Below are positions 40,034 to 51,248 of a stretch of 64,000 nt of DNA, piece after piece (positions within the stretch are counted from its first letter, which is position 1; every line of letters begins with the position of its first letter). Source of the stretch: Candidatus Latescibacterota bacterium (GTDB lineage Bacteria; Latescibacterota; UBA2968; UBA8231); NCBI GenBank assembly GCA_965223905.1, contig CBDCXV010000010.1, positions 672,001-736,000 on the forward strand, written 5' to 3'. The translations under genes were made by a program, and so were the position numbers. Below the pieces are notes generated by a model. The model worked only from the letters and a program-made list of their open reading frames with translations. It did not search any database and was not told the DNA's origin.

Positions 40034-41299
40034 ATGGCAGCGGGATCGGAAGCGGCCGCGGCGCCAGTGCAATTCTGGATCGACGCCACTCGGCCGGCAT
40101 CAGGTTGGTCCCTGTGGGGTATGAGCTTGGCCGAGCGCCAAGTGCGCGAGGCGGCGTTGCGCCAATGTTCCTCCGTTCACCTCTGGGTTTCCGAGGAGAG
40201 CGAGGGGACGGTTCGTCACTTGCGGCGGGACTTGGCGAAGGTGTTTCGAGGAGAGGTCGTCTTCCATCAAGCGTCCATCGCCGCGGGCCTGAGTTCCGCT
40301 TCCGGTTCGGTGGTGCTCCTGGAAGGGGATGTGGTTTACGACCAGCGGGTGTTGGACCATCTGCTGGAGCTGGGACCCGGCCACGGGATTCGCGACGCGG
40401 AAGGCACGGCGGCGGTCTTCCTCGGACCGGAGCAGGCCCGTTCCCTTGGAGCTTCGTGGTCCGCAGGACCGTTAGCTCATAAGATTGCCCAACTGGGATT
40501 GGAACTCCTCGATCTGGAGCAACTCGACCATTACGTACCCTCCCTTCGGCTCACCATGCAACCGTTCATGCGGCGGTTGCGCCACCGCGCACAGCTTCCA
40601 GAATTGGAGCGGCTCATGTATCGGCGCTCCTTCAAGGGGGTGATTGATGCCGTCGCGCTATACGGCTACTATCACCTGGTGCGCTGGATTACTCGCCATT
40701 TGAGCCGCACGAGCCTCACCCCCAACCTGTTCACCGCGCTCTCAATCGTGGGCATCTGGGGTGCGATACCCTGCTTTGCAACCGGCCACCACGGCCTCGG
40801 CATTCTGGCCGCATGGGTGGGTGTAATTCTGGATTCCGTCGACGGCAAGCTGGCGCGCCTGAGGCTGCACCTGAGCGACGCCATGGGCGATTTCGAGCAC
40901 CTGGCGGCCATGCCTGGACTCGGGTTGTGGTACCTTTCACTGGGGTACTACCTCAGCGACAGGCAGTTATTCTCCGGCGCGCCCATGGCGATCGCCACCT
41001 GGATTCTGGTGGCCTCTTACCTGACCGACAAGGCGCTCAGCGGCGGCTTCAGAGCGCTCTACAAGCAGAAGTTCTTCGACTATCGACCAATCGATGCGGC
41101 CTTTCACCTGATCGCCTGCCGGCGCAACATCAGCCTGTTGATTTATAGCTTGGGCCTGTTGCTCAACGTCCCCCGGGAGGCCTTCTACGGGATGGCCGCC
41201 TGGATGGTAGTGGCCATGGTATTCCACGGCGTCCGCTTCGCCTCGATCGCAGCCACCGACGGTGCGGGGCTGCGGCGGGAGTTGGGACAGGGACCCTAG
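40034..41299 (+). CDS. CDP-alcohol phosphotransferase family protein, non-canonical motif
   Basis: Intact ORF. LWGMSLAERQVR N-terminal domain, FKGVID, LTPNLFT, DSVDGKLAR-x8-MGDFEHLAA, RRN. Confidence 0.85.
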   Translation: MAAGSEAAAAPVQFWIDATRPASGWSLWGMSLAERQVREAALRQCSSVHLWVSEESEGTVRHLRRDLAKVFRGEVVFHQASIAAGLSSASGSVVLLEGDVVYDQRVLDHLLELGPGHGIRDAEGTAAVFLGPEQARSLGASWSAGPLAHKIAQLGLELLDLEQLDHYVPSLRLTMQPFMRRLRHRAQLPELERLMYRRSFKGVIDAVALYGYYHLVRWITRHLSRTSLTPNLFTALSIVGIWGAIPCFATGHHGLGILAAWVGVILDSVDGKLARLRLHLSDAMGDFEHLAAMPGLGLWYLSLGYYLSDRQLFSGAPMAIATWILVASYLTDKALSGGFRALYKQKFFDYRPIDAAFHLIACRRNISLLIYSLGLLLNVPREAFYGMAAWMVVAMVFHGVRFASIAATDGAGLRRELGQGP

Positions 41300-41312
41300 G
41301 CCTAGCCTCGAC

Positions 41313-41558
41313 AACAGCATCTTCTCGCTGCATCTCGCCCGGTCCTTTCTCGATTGCGAGACCTTTCTGTTCAACTGCGATATCGTTTTTTCAGCCCGCC
41401 CTGCTCGAGCGCACGCTCGCCGGCAAGCCGCCGAACGCCATCGCCGTCGATTCGCGGACGCCGCGCAAGGCCGACGAGATAAACGTCCGCATACGGGATG
41501 GAGAGCGGTCGCGGCCACCGACAAGAGCCTCGACCCGTCGAGCTGCCAAGCGCAGAGC
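41313..41558 (+). pseudogene. Internal fragment of a further cytidylyltransferase copy
   Basis: Aligns by eye at DNA level to 45036-45281 (NSIFSLHLARSFLDCETFLFNCDIVF...KSLDPSSCQAQS) with indels. Confidence 0.85.
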
Positions 41559-41739
41559 AACCGGGGATTCCTCTGGGGAGCACAGCCCGAAGAACCCTGT
41601 TTTTGTGTACCCAGCCTGAAAGGATCCCGGCACACCGCGAAGGTCCGGGTCTCAGCCTTGTCGATGTCCCATTCGGAACCGGACAGAATGACGGACGGGC
41701 GCGGGACAACCTGGAGCAGCGCGGGAAATGTCAAGGTGC

Positions 41740-43136
41740 GTGAGAGCGGACAGCAGACTCCGGGTCGGCGTCCTGCTGCCGGCGGACTCCTGCGTGGCAT
41801 GGGTAGAGCACCTGGTCCGCGAGATCGCCGCCACCTCGGTAGCCGAGGTAGCCCTGGTCGGTGTGGCGAAGTGGACGGACCCTGCGCCTCGACCGCGAGC
41901 CTGTCTTCTGTGGCGAATGTAAACCGCGCTCGACCACGTCTGTTCGCGCATCCGGCTAGATGCCTTCGCCGCGGCCGACCTCTCCGCAACGATCTTCTTG
42001 GCGGCGCTGCCAGACGGAAGGGAGTAGCTGATCTACCGCTCCTTTTCGCGGACCAACGACAAGTCGGTCTGGAGAAACCGCCAGCGCCACTGCTGGAAAG
42101 CCGCCCACCTGCCGGCGCGCAAGCTCAGGGAGCTTCACCACCTGGGCGCCTCGGCCCTCGCCGAGAGCGGTGGGGGCCCGCAGGAACCGGCGGACACGGC
42201 GCGGAACAGCAACGAGGTTACCGCTCCCGGGAACCTCGAAACCGCGGCATTCACTCTCAGGCTGGCGCGACTCGCCCTGCGCGGCGCCGTCGAGGCAACC
42301 CTCTTCCGGCCCCAGTGGTGCCTCGCTTACGAGCGAGACCCCGAGTCGCCACCGTGCGCCCCGGCCGGCTGCGGCGGCTGATTCCCCCCGGGGACCGCTT
42401 CTGGGCCGACCCGTTCCCGGTCGAGGTCGACGGGCGCTGCTTCGTCTTCGTCGAAGAATGGCTGTATCGCAGGAGCAAGGGCCGCATCGCCGTACTCGAG
42501 CTCGAGGGGGAAACCGTCAGCGAGGCTGGAATCGTCCTCGAGACGAGCCACCACCTCTCGCATCCGTTCCTGTTTCACTGGCAGGACCAGCTCTACATGA
42601 TCCCGGAAAGTTGCCGCAACCGGTCCGTCGAGCTGTACCGCTGCCTGTCGTTTCCCCTTCGCTGGGAGCGGGACAGGGTGCTTCTCGACGGCCTGCGCGG
42701 AGTGGACGCCACCCTCGAAGAAGTCGACCGGACCTGGTGGATGTTCCTCAACGTCGGCAAGCGCGGGATCTCCAACCACGACGAGCTGCACCTGTACGAT
42801 GCGGACAGTCCGCTCGGACCCTGGCGGGAGCACGCCCGCAACCCGGTCAAGTCGGACGTGCGCTCGTCGCGGTTCGCAGGACGGCTGATCAGGAACGACG
42901 GGGAACTGCTGCGGCCGGCCCAGGACTGCACGCCTCGCTACGGAAGCGCCATCTGCCTCCACCCCATCCTCGAGCTCTCCCCAGACCGTTACGCCGAGGA
43001 GCCGGTGGCGCGCCTCGAGGCGGGCGCCATCCTGGACGCGGTTCGCACCCACACCCTGAACGACTGCCGCGGCATCCGGTTCATCGACTTCCAGCGCCTG
43101 CGCCCACGCATCGCCTGGGGAAGCTCGCATGACTGA
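41740..43136 (+). pseudogene. Disrupted GINT1-N-like (glucosamine inositolphosphorylceramide transferase family) beta-propeller protein
   Basis: N-terminal LRVGVLL...AWVEHLVREI in one frame. Intact C-terminal domain FWADPF...FVFVEE...KGRI...HLSHPFLF...YMIPES...GPWREH..NPV...LLRPAQDC..RYG...HTLN from about 42370. The middle is broken. Confidence 0.65.
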
Positions 43137-44790
43137 AGAGAGCGGCAGACGGCCACCTGAGAGGGAGGCGCACCGCGAGCACGACGCGTCCTTCGGCGAC
43201 ATCAGGGACCTCGCCGGCGGCGCCCTGGTGACCTTCGTCGGCAAGGCGGGCCGCCTTTCGCGGGCGGCCTTCCTCGCCGTTCTCGCCCTCTTCTGCGGTC
43301 TCGAGGTGGTCGGGGCCTACTCGGTCGCCTGGGGGTTCGTCACCACGGTGAACCGGGTGGCGCGTTTCGGGCTCCAGCGCGGGGTCGTGCGCTTCCTGAC
43401 CGCAAGCGGGGTCCGCGGCCGCTGGAAGACCCCTTCGGCCGCGGTCGACGCCGCCCTCGCCGCTTCGCTGCTGATCGGGGCTCTCGCGAGCGCCGCGGTG
43501 GTCGCCGGACTTCTGCTGGCAACCGAGCAGGTCGCCGCCTTCTACGACAAGCCCGGGCAGCTGCCCCTGGAAGAACCGCTGCGCATCCTCGCCTGGTCGG
43601 CCCCATTCGTCACCGCGGCCGGGATTTTCCTCTCGGCGACGCGGGCCCTGCGCATCATGCGCTACGCCGTGTACGTCTTCTCGGTCGCCGGCCCCCTGCT
43701 GCTCCTGGCCGGGAGTCTGGCGATCGCCCTGCTCGGCGGGGGCACGGAATGGGAGAACCCCTCCCAGCAGCGCGCTGCCCAGACCGGTTTCGTCATCGCC
43801 GTCGCCTGGGTGCAGCTCGGCTCCGCGGTCGCCTGCGGCTTCCTCGCGGCCCGCTACTTCGGCCGGCATTTCTCGCTGCGGCGCAGCCTGACCCGGATGC
43901 GAGCGGCCCCGGTCGCCGCATTGGCCCGCTTCTCGGCGCCAGTGATGGTCGCCGACGTGATGGGCGCCGTTCTGACGCAGCTCGACGTGCTGATGCTCGG
44001 CAAGCTCGTCAGCCTGACCGAGGTGGGGATCTACTCGGTTGCCCGCCGGGTGGCGAGCTCGATGCTCAAGGCGGTTCAGGCCTTCGACCCGGTCTTCAGC
44101 TCCGTGGTCAGCGAGCTGTCCCACCTGTGCAGGGAGGAGGAGGTCGCCCGGCGCTTCGTCGTCATATCGCGCTGGCTGCTGACCGTCAACCTGCCGATCT
44201 TCGCCACCTTGTTTATTGTTGGTGACAGCCTGTTGGGCTGGGCCGGGGAAAAATGGCTGGGGGAGCCGTCGCAGTTGGCGCTCGGGCTCAAGATTCTCTA
44301 CGTCCTCGGCATCGGGATGCTGCTTCAGGGCACGTTCGCCCTCATCGAGCCGCTGCTGGCCATGACCGGCCGTCCCGGCCTCAACACCTTGAACAACAGT
44401 GTCTGGCTGCTCGCCAACTTCGCACTCAATCTCTGGTTCATAACCCTTTTCGGGGTGATCGGGGCGGCCTACGGAGCGACCCTTTCGATGTTCTTCGTCA
44501 ATTCCCTGCGGGTGCTGCAGGCCTGGCGCCTCCACCGCATCCGCTCCCTGGATCGCAGCCAGGTGAAGCCGCTCGCGGCGGCCGCGGTCGCGGCCGGGGC
44601 AGCCTGGCTCGCCTCCGCGGCCGCAGCCCCCGGATCGGGGGGGGTTCTCGTGCTGGGGGGCGGCACTTTCATCTCCGTCTACGGGCTGATGCTGTGGAGG
44701 CTCGGCCTCGAGCCCGAAGACAGGCTGCTCCTGCTGCGCGCCTTCCGCGGCCTGCGCACGAAGCTGGCAGTCCGCCGGAGTTCCCGGTGA
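43129..44790 (+). CDS. MOP-superfamily (Wzx/MurJ-like) flippase
   Basis: About 14 TM segments, GLQRGVVRF, QLDVLMLG...EVGIYSVARR, LLAMTGRP, ALNLWFI..FGVIGAAYGA. Confidence 0.88.
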   Translation: MTEESGRRPPEREAHREHDASFGDIRDLAGGALVTFVGKAGRLSRAAFLAVLALFCGLEVVGAYSVAWGFVTTVNRVARFGLQRGVVRFLTASGVRGRWKTPSAAVDAALAASLLIGALASAAVVAGLLLATEQVAAFYDKPGQLPLEEPLRILAWSAPFVTAAGIFLSATRALRIMRYAVYVFSVAGPLLLLAGSLAIALLGGGTEWENPSQQRAAQTGFVIAVAWVQLGSAVACGFLAARYFGRHFSLRRSLTRMRAAPVAALARFSAPVMVADVMGAVLTQLDVLMLGKLVSLTEVGIYSVARRVASSMLKAVQAFDPVFSSVVSELSHLCREEEVARRFVVISRWLLTVNLPIFATLFIVGDSLLGWAGEKWLGEPSQLALGLKILYVLGIGMLLQGTFALIEPLLAMTGRPGLNTLNNSVWLLANFALNLWFITLFGVIGAAYGATLSMFFVNSLRVLQAWRLHRIRSLDRSQVKPLAAAAVAAGAAWLASAAAAPGSGGVLVLGGGTFISVYGLMLWRLGLEPEDRLLLLRAFRGLRTKLAVRRSSR

Positions 44791-45506
44791 CCACGCGGGC
44801 CATCGTCCTGGCCGCCGGTGCCGGCACCCGGCTCAACCCGATGACCAACGGACTGCCCAAGTGCCTGGTGCCGTTCGGAGAGCGGCGCCTCGTCGATCTG
44901 CAGATAGCGGCCCTGCAGGCCGCAGGCGTCGAGGATATCGTCCTGGTCGTCGGCTTCGAGACGGACCAGGTCCGCCGCCACCTCAGGGGGCTGCCGGATG
45001 TCCGCTTCGTCGAGAACCCCGACTTCGGGTCGACCAACAGCATCTACTCCCTCTACCTCGCCCGCGCCTTTCTCGACCGCGAGACCTTCCTGTTCAACTG
45101 CGACATCGTCTTTCACCCTGCCCTGCTCGAACGGATGCTCGCCGGCGACAGGCCGAACGCCATCGCCGTCGATTCGCGGATGCAGCGGGTCCCCGGCGAG
45201 ATGAACGTCCGCATTCGGGACGGGGGCGAGGTTACGGCCATCGGCAAGAGCCTCGACCCGTCGAGCTGTCAGGCGCAGAGCGTGCAGCTGGCGAGATTCG
45301 ACTCCGCCGGGGCCCGTTCCGTGGCCGAGGAGGTCGAACGCCTGGTCGCCGGTCAGCGCAAGGACGTGTTCCCGACCTCGGCGTACGGCCCCCTGATCGA
45401 GCGCGGCGAGTTGTTCGCGGTGGAGGGTGGAGACCTGCCCTGGGCGGAGATCGACTCGGTCGACGACTACAACGCCGCGGTCTCGTCGGTGCTCCCGAGG
45501 TTGTGA
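44787..45506 (+). CDS. LicC/IPCT-like cytidylyltransferase
   Basis: RAIVLAAGAGTRLNPMTNGLPKCL, ENPDFGSTNSIYSLYLA, FNCDIVF, WAEIDSVDD. GTG start 44787 overlaps the flippase stop. Confidence 0.9.
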   Translation: MTTRAIVLAAGAGTRLNPMTNGLPKCLVPFGERRLVDLQIAALQAAGVEDIVLVVGFETDQVRRHLRGLPDVRFVENPDFGSTNSIYSLYLARAFLDRETFLFNCDIVFHPALLERMLAGDRPNAIAVDSRMQRVPGEMNVRIRDGGEVTAIGKSLDPSSCQAQSVQLARFDSAGARSVAEEVERLVAGQRKDVFPTSAYGPLIERGELFAVEGGDLPWAEIDSVDDYNAAVSSVLPRL

Positions 45507-45525
45507 TCCAAGCAGCCGGCCCCCG

Positions 45526-46764
45526 ATGATCACGGCCTGGATCGACGCCACCCGGCCCGCCTCCTGCTGGCAGCTGTGGGGGATGTCCCTCGTGGAAAGG
45601 CAGCTGCGCCAGTTCGCCCTCAGGGGGGCGGCCTGCGCCCGCGTCGCCGTTGCCGAGGACGGCGCCCCGCGGATCCGCGCCGATTTCGCGAGCCGCTACG
45701 ACCTCGACATCCAGTTTCACCATGTGAGCTGCGGAGCCCGCTTCGGCGACTCCCTGGCAGCGGTCGAATCCCCCTTGCTCCTGCTCGAAGGGGACGGTAT
45801 GTACGACGACCGCGTCCTCGACCACCTGTTGGCGTCCGGTCCCGGGAATTCCGTGATGGGAGGCGGCCTGCGTGCCGGCTGGGCGGACTCCGGGCTCGTC
45901 GCCGAGCTGGCGCAGCTGCCGCCGGAGAAAGGCGGTGTTCCTGGGTCTGCCCTGTGGAAGGCCGTCTCGGAACAGACACGAGTGACCGACTCCGCCGAGC
46001 TCGATTCTTACGTCCCGGAACTCAGGCTCACCATGGCCCCCGTCATGGTCCGGCTCGAACGCCCGCAGCAGCTGCGCGAGGTCGATCGGCTGATGTACCG
46101 CCGCACCTTCAAGGGGGTCATCGACATCGTCGCCAGCCACGGCTACTACCACCCGGTCCGCTGGATCGCCGGCCACCTGGCGCCCACCGAGGTCTCCCCC
46201 AACAGCGTCACCGCCCTGTCGATCGCGGCGATCTGGCTGGCGGTACCCTGCTTCGCGCTCGGGATGCCGGGTGCTGGAATCGTCCTGGCCTGGGCCGGCG
46301 TGATCGCCGACAGCGTCGACGGCAAGCTGGCGCGTCTGACCCTGAACCTCAGCGACCGCATGGGTGCCGTAGAGCACATTTCCGCGGTCCCCGCCCTGGG
46401 GCTCTGGCTCGCCGCTTTCGGAGGCTGGGTGAGCGACTGGGCCCTGCTGACCCCTTCCGGTCCCGCGGTCGCCACCTGGGTGCTGCTCGGCTGCTTTGCG
46501 CTGGACAAGGCGGCCAGCGGCGGCTTCCGCAGGCTCACCGGCAGGGAGATCTTCGACTACGGCCGCGGCGACGCCCTGTTCCACCCCTTCGCCGCCCGCC
46601 GAAACATCCTCCTGCTCATGATGACCGTCGGGGTCGCCGCGGACGCGGCTGGAGCCGCTCTCACGGCGATGTCGGGCTGGATGGCGGCGACGCTTCTGTT
46701 TCACGCGCTGCGGGCGCTCCAGGTGGCAGCCCGGATCGGGAAGGGGCCGGCAGGATGGAAATAA
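45526..46764 (+). CDS. CDP-alcohol phosphotransferase family protein, non-canonical motif, paralog of 40034-41299
   Basis: LWGMSLVERQLR, FKGVID, VSPNSVT, DSVDGKLAR-x8-MGAVEHISA, RRN. ATG 45526. Confidence 0.85.
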   Translation: MITAWIDATRPASCWQLWGMSLVERQLRQFALRGAACARVAVAEDGAPRIRADFASRYDLDIQFHHVSCGARFGDSLAAVESPLLLLEGDGMYDDRVLDHLLASGPGNSVMGGGLRAGWADSGLVAELAQLPPEKGGVPGSALWKAVSEQTRVTDSAELDSYVPELRLTMAPVMVRLERPQQLREVDRLMYRRTFKGVIDIVASHGYYHPVRWIAGHLAPTEVSPNSVTALSIAAIWLAVPCFALGMPGAGIVLAWAGVIADSVDGKLARLTLNLSDRMGAVEHISAVPALGLWLAAFGGWVSDWALLTPSGPAVATWVLLGCFALDKAASGGFRRLTGREIFDYGRGDALFHPFAARRNILLLMMTVGVAADAAGAALTAMSGWMAATLLFHALRALQVAARIGKGPAGWK

Positions 46765-46781
46765 ATAAGCCCCTGTAGTCG

Positions 46782-46808
46782 TGTTGGCATATTTGTTATA
46801 TTGCAAAC

Positions 46809-46809
<1 letters not shown>
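46782..46809 (+). promoter_or_regulatory. Extended -10 promoter (probably leaderless) flanked by inverted half-sites
   Basis: TG-T-TATATT (46794-46802) lies 6 nt before ATG 46809, with no SD. TGTTGGCA (46782-46789) and TTGCAAACA (46801-46809) form an imperfect inverted repeat. Confidence 0.6.
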
Positions 46810-48650
<1,841 letters not shown>

Positions 48651-48685
48651 GCGCCGGAACCGAATATCCAAGGAGATAGAAAAAA

Positions 48686-49057
48686 ATGGGAGCAATGCAC
48701 GTAACAGTCAGGATTACGAACCCCGCGGATGCGGACAGGTTCTGGGAGGGCCTTTTTCTGGTTGACACCGGGGCCACGGATTCCCTGGCACCCAGGCCGC
48801 ACCTGGAAGCCATCGGCCTCAAGCCCGAGGGTAAACGCGTGTATGAACTGGCCGCTGGCAGCGAGGTCGCAGTGGATGTCGCCGTTGCCAAGATCGAGTT
48901 CATGGGCGAGTTCGTCGGGGGCACGGTCATCTTCGGGGAGGCTGACGCGGAGCCGCTTCTGGGCGTGACTGCGCTGGAATCCGTGGGCATCGAGGTGGAC
49001 CCGGTGAACCAGCGGCTTAAGAGGCTGCCGGCCGTGAGGCTCAAGGGGCTGGCGTGA
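48686..49057 (+). CDS. Clan AA (retropepsin-like) aspartic protease
   Basis: FLVDTGATD, EPLLGVTALESVGIEVDP. Strong AAGGAG RBS. Stop overlaps the hsdS start (GTGA). Confidence 0.88.
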   Translation: MGAMHVTVRITNPADADRFWEGLFLVDTGATDSLAPRPHLEAIGLKPEGKRVYELAAGSEVAVDVAVAKIEFMGEFVGGTVIFGEADAEPLLGVTALESVGIEVDPVNQRLKRLPAVRLKGLA

Positions 49058-50355
49058 CGCCAATCAATGAAGCGTGGACATGGCGTCCCCTTGGGGAACT
49101 GTTCGAAATCGGTGCGGGAAAAACCATGTCCGCAGCCGCTCGCAACGGCGCTGACAAGACTCCATTCCTTCGAACATCGAACGTCCTCTGGGACGAGATT
49201 GACCTGACGTCCGTAGACGAGATGTCGATTCCAGACCACGAACTACAAGCCAAGCTGTTGCAGCCAGGCGACCTGCTCGTCTGCGAGGGCGGCGAGATCG
49301 GGCGGGCGGCAATCTGGGAGGGGGAAGTCGAAACGATGTCGTTCCAGAACCACTTGCATCGGCTACGGCCATCCGTCGAGGGGGTGGACCCGCGCTTCTA
49401 CGTGTACTTCCTGCAATCCGCCTTCACACAGCTCGGTATCTTCGAAGGGGCCGGCAACGAGACCACGATCCCGAATCTGTCGCGCAGCCGCTTGGCAGGG
49501 CTCGAGGTGCCGCTGCCAGAGATTGGCGAGCAACGGGCGATCGTCACCGCGCTTGCGCGGGTACGGAAGGCCATCGAGATACAAAAGGAGAGCATCGACC
49601 TTGCGCGGGAGTTGAAACGAACCGCGATGCGGAAATTGTTCACGCGCGGGCTGCGGGGTGAGCCGCAGAAGGAAACCGAGATCGGCTTGGTGCCGGCAAG
49701 TTGGGAACTCGTTCCCATCGGTAATGTCTTCGAAATCGAACAGGGGCTCTCTTTGAAGGGCAATCTTGCCCTTGCCGGCCAAGGAACGCCGTTTCTCCGG
49801 ACCTCCAATGTGTACTGGGGACGCGTCGACCTACAGGTAGTAAGCAGGATGCGTCTCGGGGGTGACCCGCCGCCCCACAAACTGTTGCGCCGGGGCGATC
49901 TTCTAGTGTGTGAGGGCGGCGAAATTGGACGTGCCGCGGTATGGAACGCAGAGATCAATGAGTGCCTCTTCCAGAACCACCTTCACCGTCTGCGCCCCTT
50001 GGATGCCTCTCGCACCCACGCACGGTTCGCCATGGCATGGCTCGAAGAAGGCTTCGAGCACCGGCACGTCTATGAAGGCGCCGGAAACCGCACGACAATT
50101 CCCAACCTTTCGCGTGCTCGCCTTGCGAAGCTATTGATCCCGAATCCACCTCCCAAGGAACAGTGCGACATTGTCTCCATCCTTGATGCTATCGACCGTA
50201 AGGTTGATCTGCATAACAAAAAGCGTGCGGTTCTCGACGATTTGTTCAAGACGCTTCTGCATAAGCTGATGACGGGCGAAATTCGGGTTGACGAGCTTGA
50301 CAATCTCGCACTTCCAAAAAAACGGTTCGTGTCAATGAAAAGAGATCCTATCTAG
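49054..50355 (+). CDS. hsdS: Type I R-M specificity subunit
   Basis: Two TRD-CR halves: WTWRPLGELFEI...PLPEIGEQRAIV...LFTRGL and PASWELVPIGNVFEI...PPPKEQCDIV...LLHKLMTGEIRV. Confidence 0.92.
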   Translation: MTPINEAWTWRPLGELFEIGAGKTMSAAARNGADKTPFLRTSNVLWDEIDLTSVDEMSIPDHELQAKLLQPGDLLVCEGGEIGRAAIWEGEVETMSFQNHLHRLRPSVEGVDPRFYVYFLQSAFTQLGIFEGAGNETTIPNLSRSRLAGLEVPLPEIGEQRAIVTALARVRKAIEIQKESIDLARELKRTAMRKLFTRGLRGEPQKETEIGLVPASWELVPIGNVFEIEQGLSLKGNLALAGQGTPFLRTSNVYWGRVDLQVVSRMRLGGDPPPHKLLRRGDLLVCEGGEIGRAAVWNAEINECLFQNHLHRLRPLDASRTHARFAMAWLEEGFEHRHVYEGAGNRTTIPNLSRARLAKLLIPNPPPKEQCDIVSILDAIDRKVDLHNKKRAVLDDLFKTLLHKLMTGEIRVDELDNLALPKKRFVSMKRDPI

Positions 50356-50373
50356 ACGAGTGGATGGCGACAC

Positions 50374-50475
50374 ATGGCGAACGAGTCAAGGAAGCATCAC
50401 TACATCCCGAGATCGGTACTTCGGAACTTCACTTTAAATGGTGACGGGAGGCGCCTACGTGCCAATATAGAGTGA
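50374..50475 (+). pseudogene. DUF4238-like N-terminal remnant
   Basis: MANESRKHHYIPRSVLRNF matches the HH[YF][IV]P..L..F start of DUF4238 proteins. Truncated where the IS remnant begins. Confidence 0.6.
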
Positions 50476-50705
50476 GACATTTTCCCATCGGAGTTTAGAG
50501 TAGTCAGGAGGGCGGAAAGGAGAGCATTGAGGATGGCTTCCCGTACTGGAAAGGTGGACCGAACGTCGTTGCCTGTGGAAGAGTCCTCCCCAGAGGTTCC
50601 TCGTCCCGATCCGGAAGTACCGGAGAGGGCCAAGCGCCGGTACTTCAGTGCCCAGTATAAGCTGCGGGTACTGGAAGAAGCCGATGCCTGCCGGGAGCCG
50701 GTCGA
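50460..50705 (+). mobile_element. Truncated IS3-family element (left end and start of orfA)
   Basis: PDPEVPERAKRRYFSAQYKLRVLEEADACREP is a typical IS3 OrfA N-terminus. Presumed TG left end at about 50460. No orfB or right end seen. Confidence 0.7.
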
Positions 50706-50738
50706 GGCAACTGAAATAAGGATGAGAACACAAAGATA

Positions 50739-51044
50739 ATGAACCCACAGGTATCGGTATCGAAGACCGCGCTTGCTGCTTTCTGCCAAAAGCACGGAAT
50801 CATGCGACTCGCCATCTTTGGCTCCGCGCTGCGGGAAGACTTCCGAGCGGAGAGCGATATAGATGTGCTCGTCGAATTCCAGCCAGATCGCATCCCAGGA
50901 CTGCTGGGCGTTGCCGGCCTGGAGTTGGAGTTATCCGGGCTGTTTATAGGACGCAAAGTGGATCTTCGGACTCCCGAGGATCTGAGTCCCTACTTCCGGC
51001 AAGACGTTCTGGCCACCGCGGAAGTGCAATATGATCAGGGATGA
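50739..51044 (+). CDS. Minimal nucleotidyltransferase (MntA-like antitoxin)
   Basis: [33 protein letters not shown]...[17 protein letters not shown]. Confidence 0.92.
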   Translation: MNPQVSVSKTALAAFCQKHGIMRLAIFGSALREDFRAESDIDVLVEFQPDRIPGLLGVAGLELELSGLFIGRKVDLRTPEDLSPYFRQDVLATAEVQYDQG

Positions 51045-51248
51045 CGAAATCCGCCTACGGCACATGATTGAAGCGGCGCGCGAAGCCGTGTCATTTGCAA
51101 GCAACCGGGTGCGCGAGGACCTGGAGACCGACCGCCAGTTGGTCTTAAGGACCTGCCGGCATTAATCGCCAATCTTGAGCGGGTCCTGCCTCCTGAACCT
51201 GGTCAACAGCCCCGCGTAACCGAGATTCCTACGGACGATAAAGGGTGA
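51031..51248 (+). pseudogene. HepT/DUF86 (HEPN) toxin with internal deletion
   Basis: [39 protein letters not shown] is joined out of frame to KDLPALIANLERVLP. The central RNxxxHxY region is absent. Confidence 0.8.

Noticed and set aside
41313-45281. The 250-bp similar pair (41313-41558 and 45036-45281) as a DGR template/variable repeat
   Set aside because: Differences are mostly synonymous, involve all bases and include indels rather than adenine-specific changes. No reverse transcriptase is in the window, so this is a decayed paralog.
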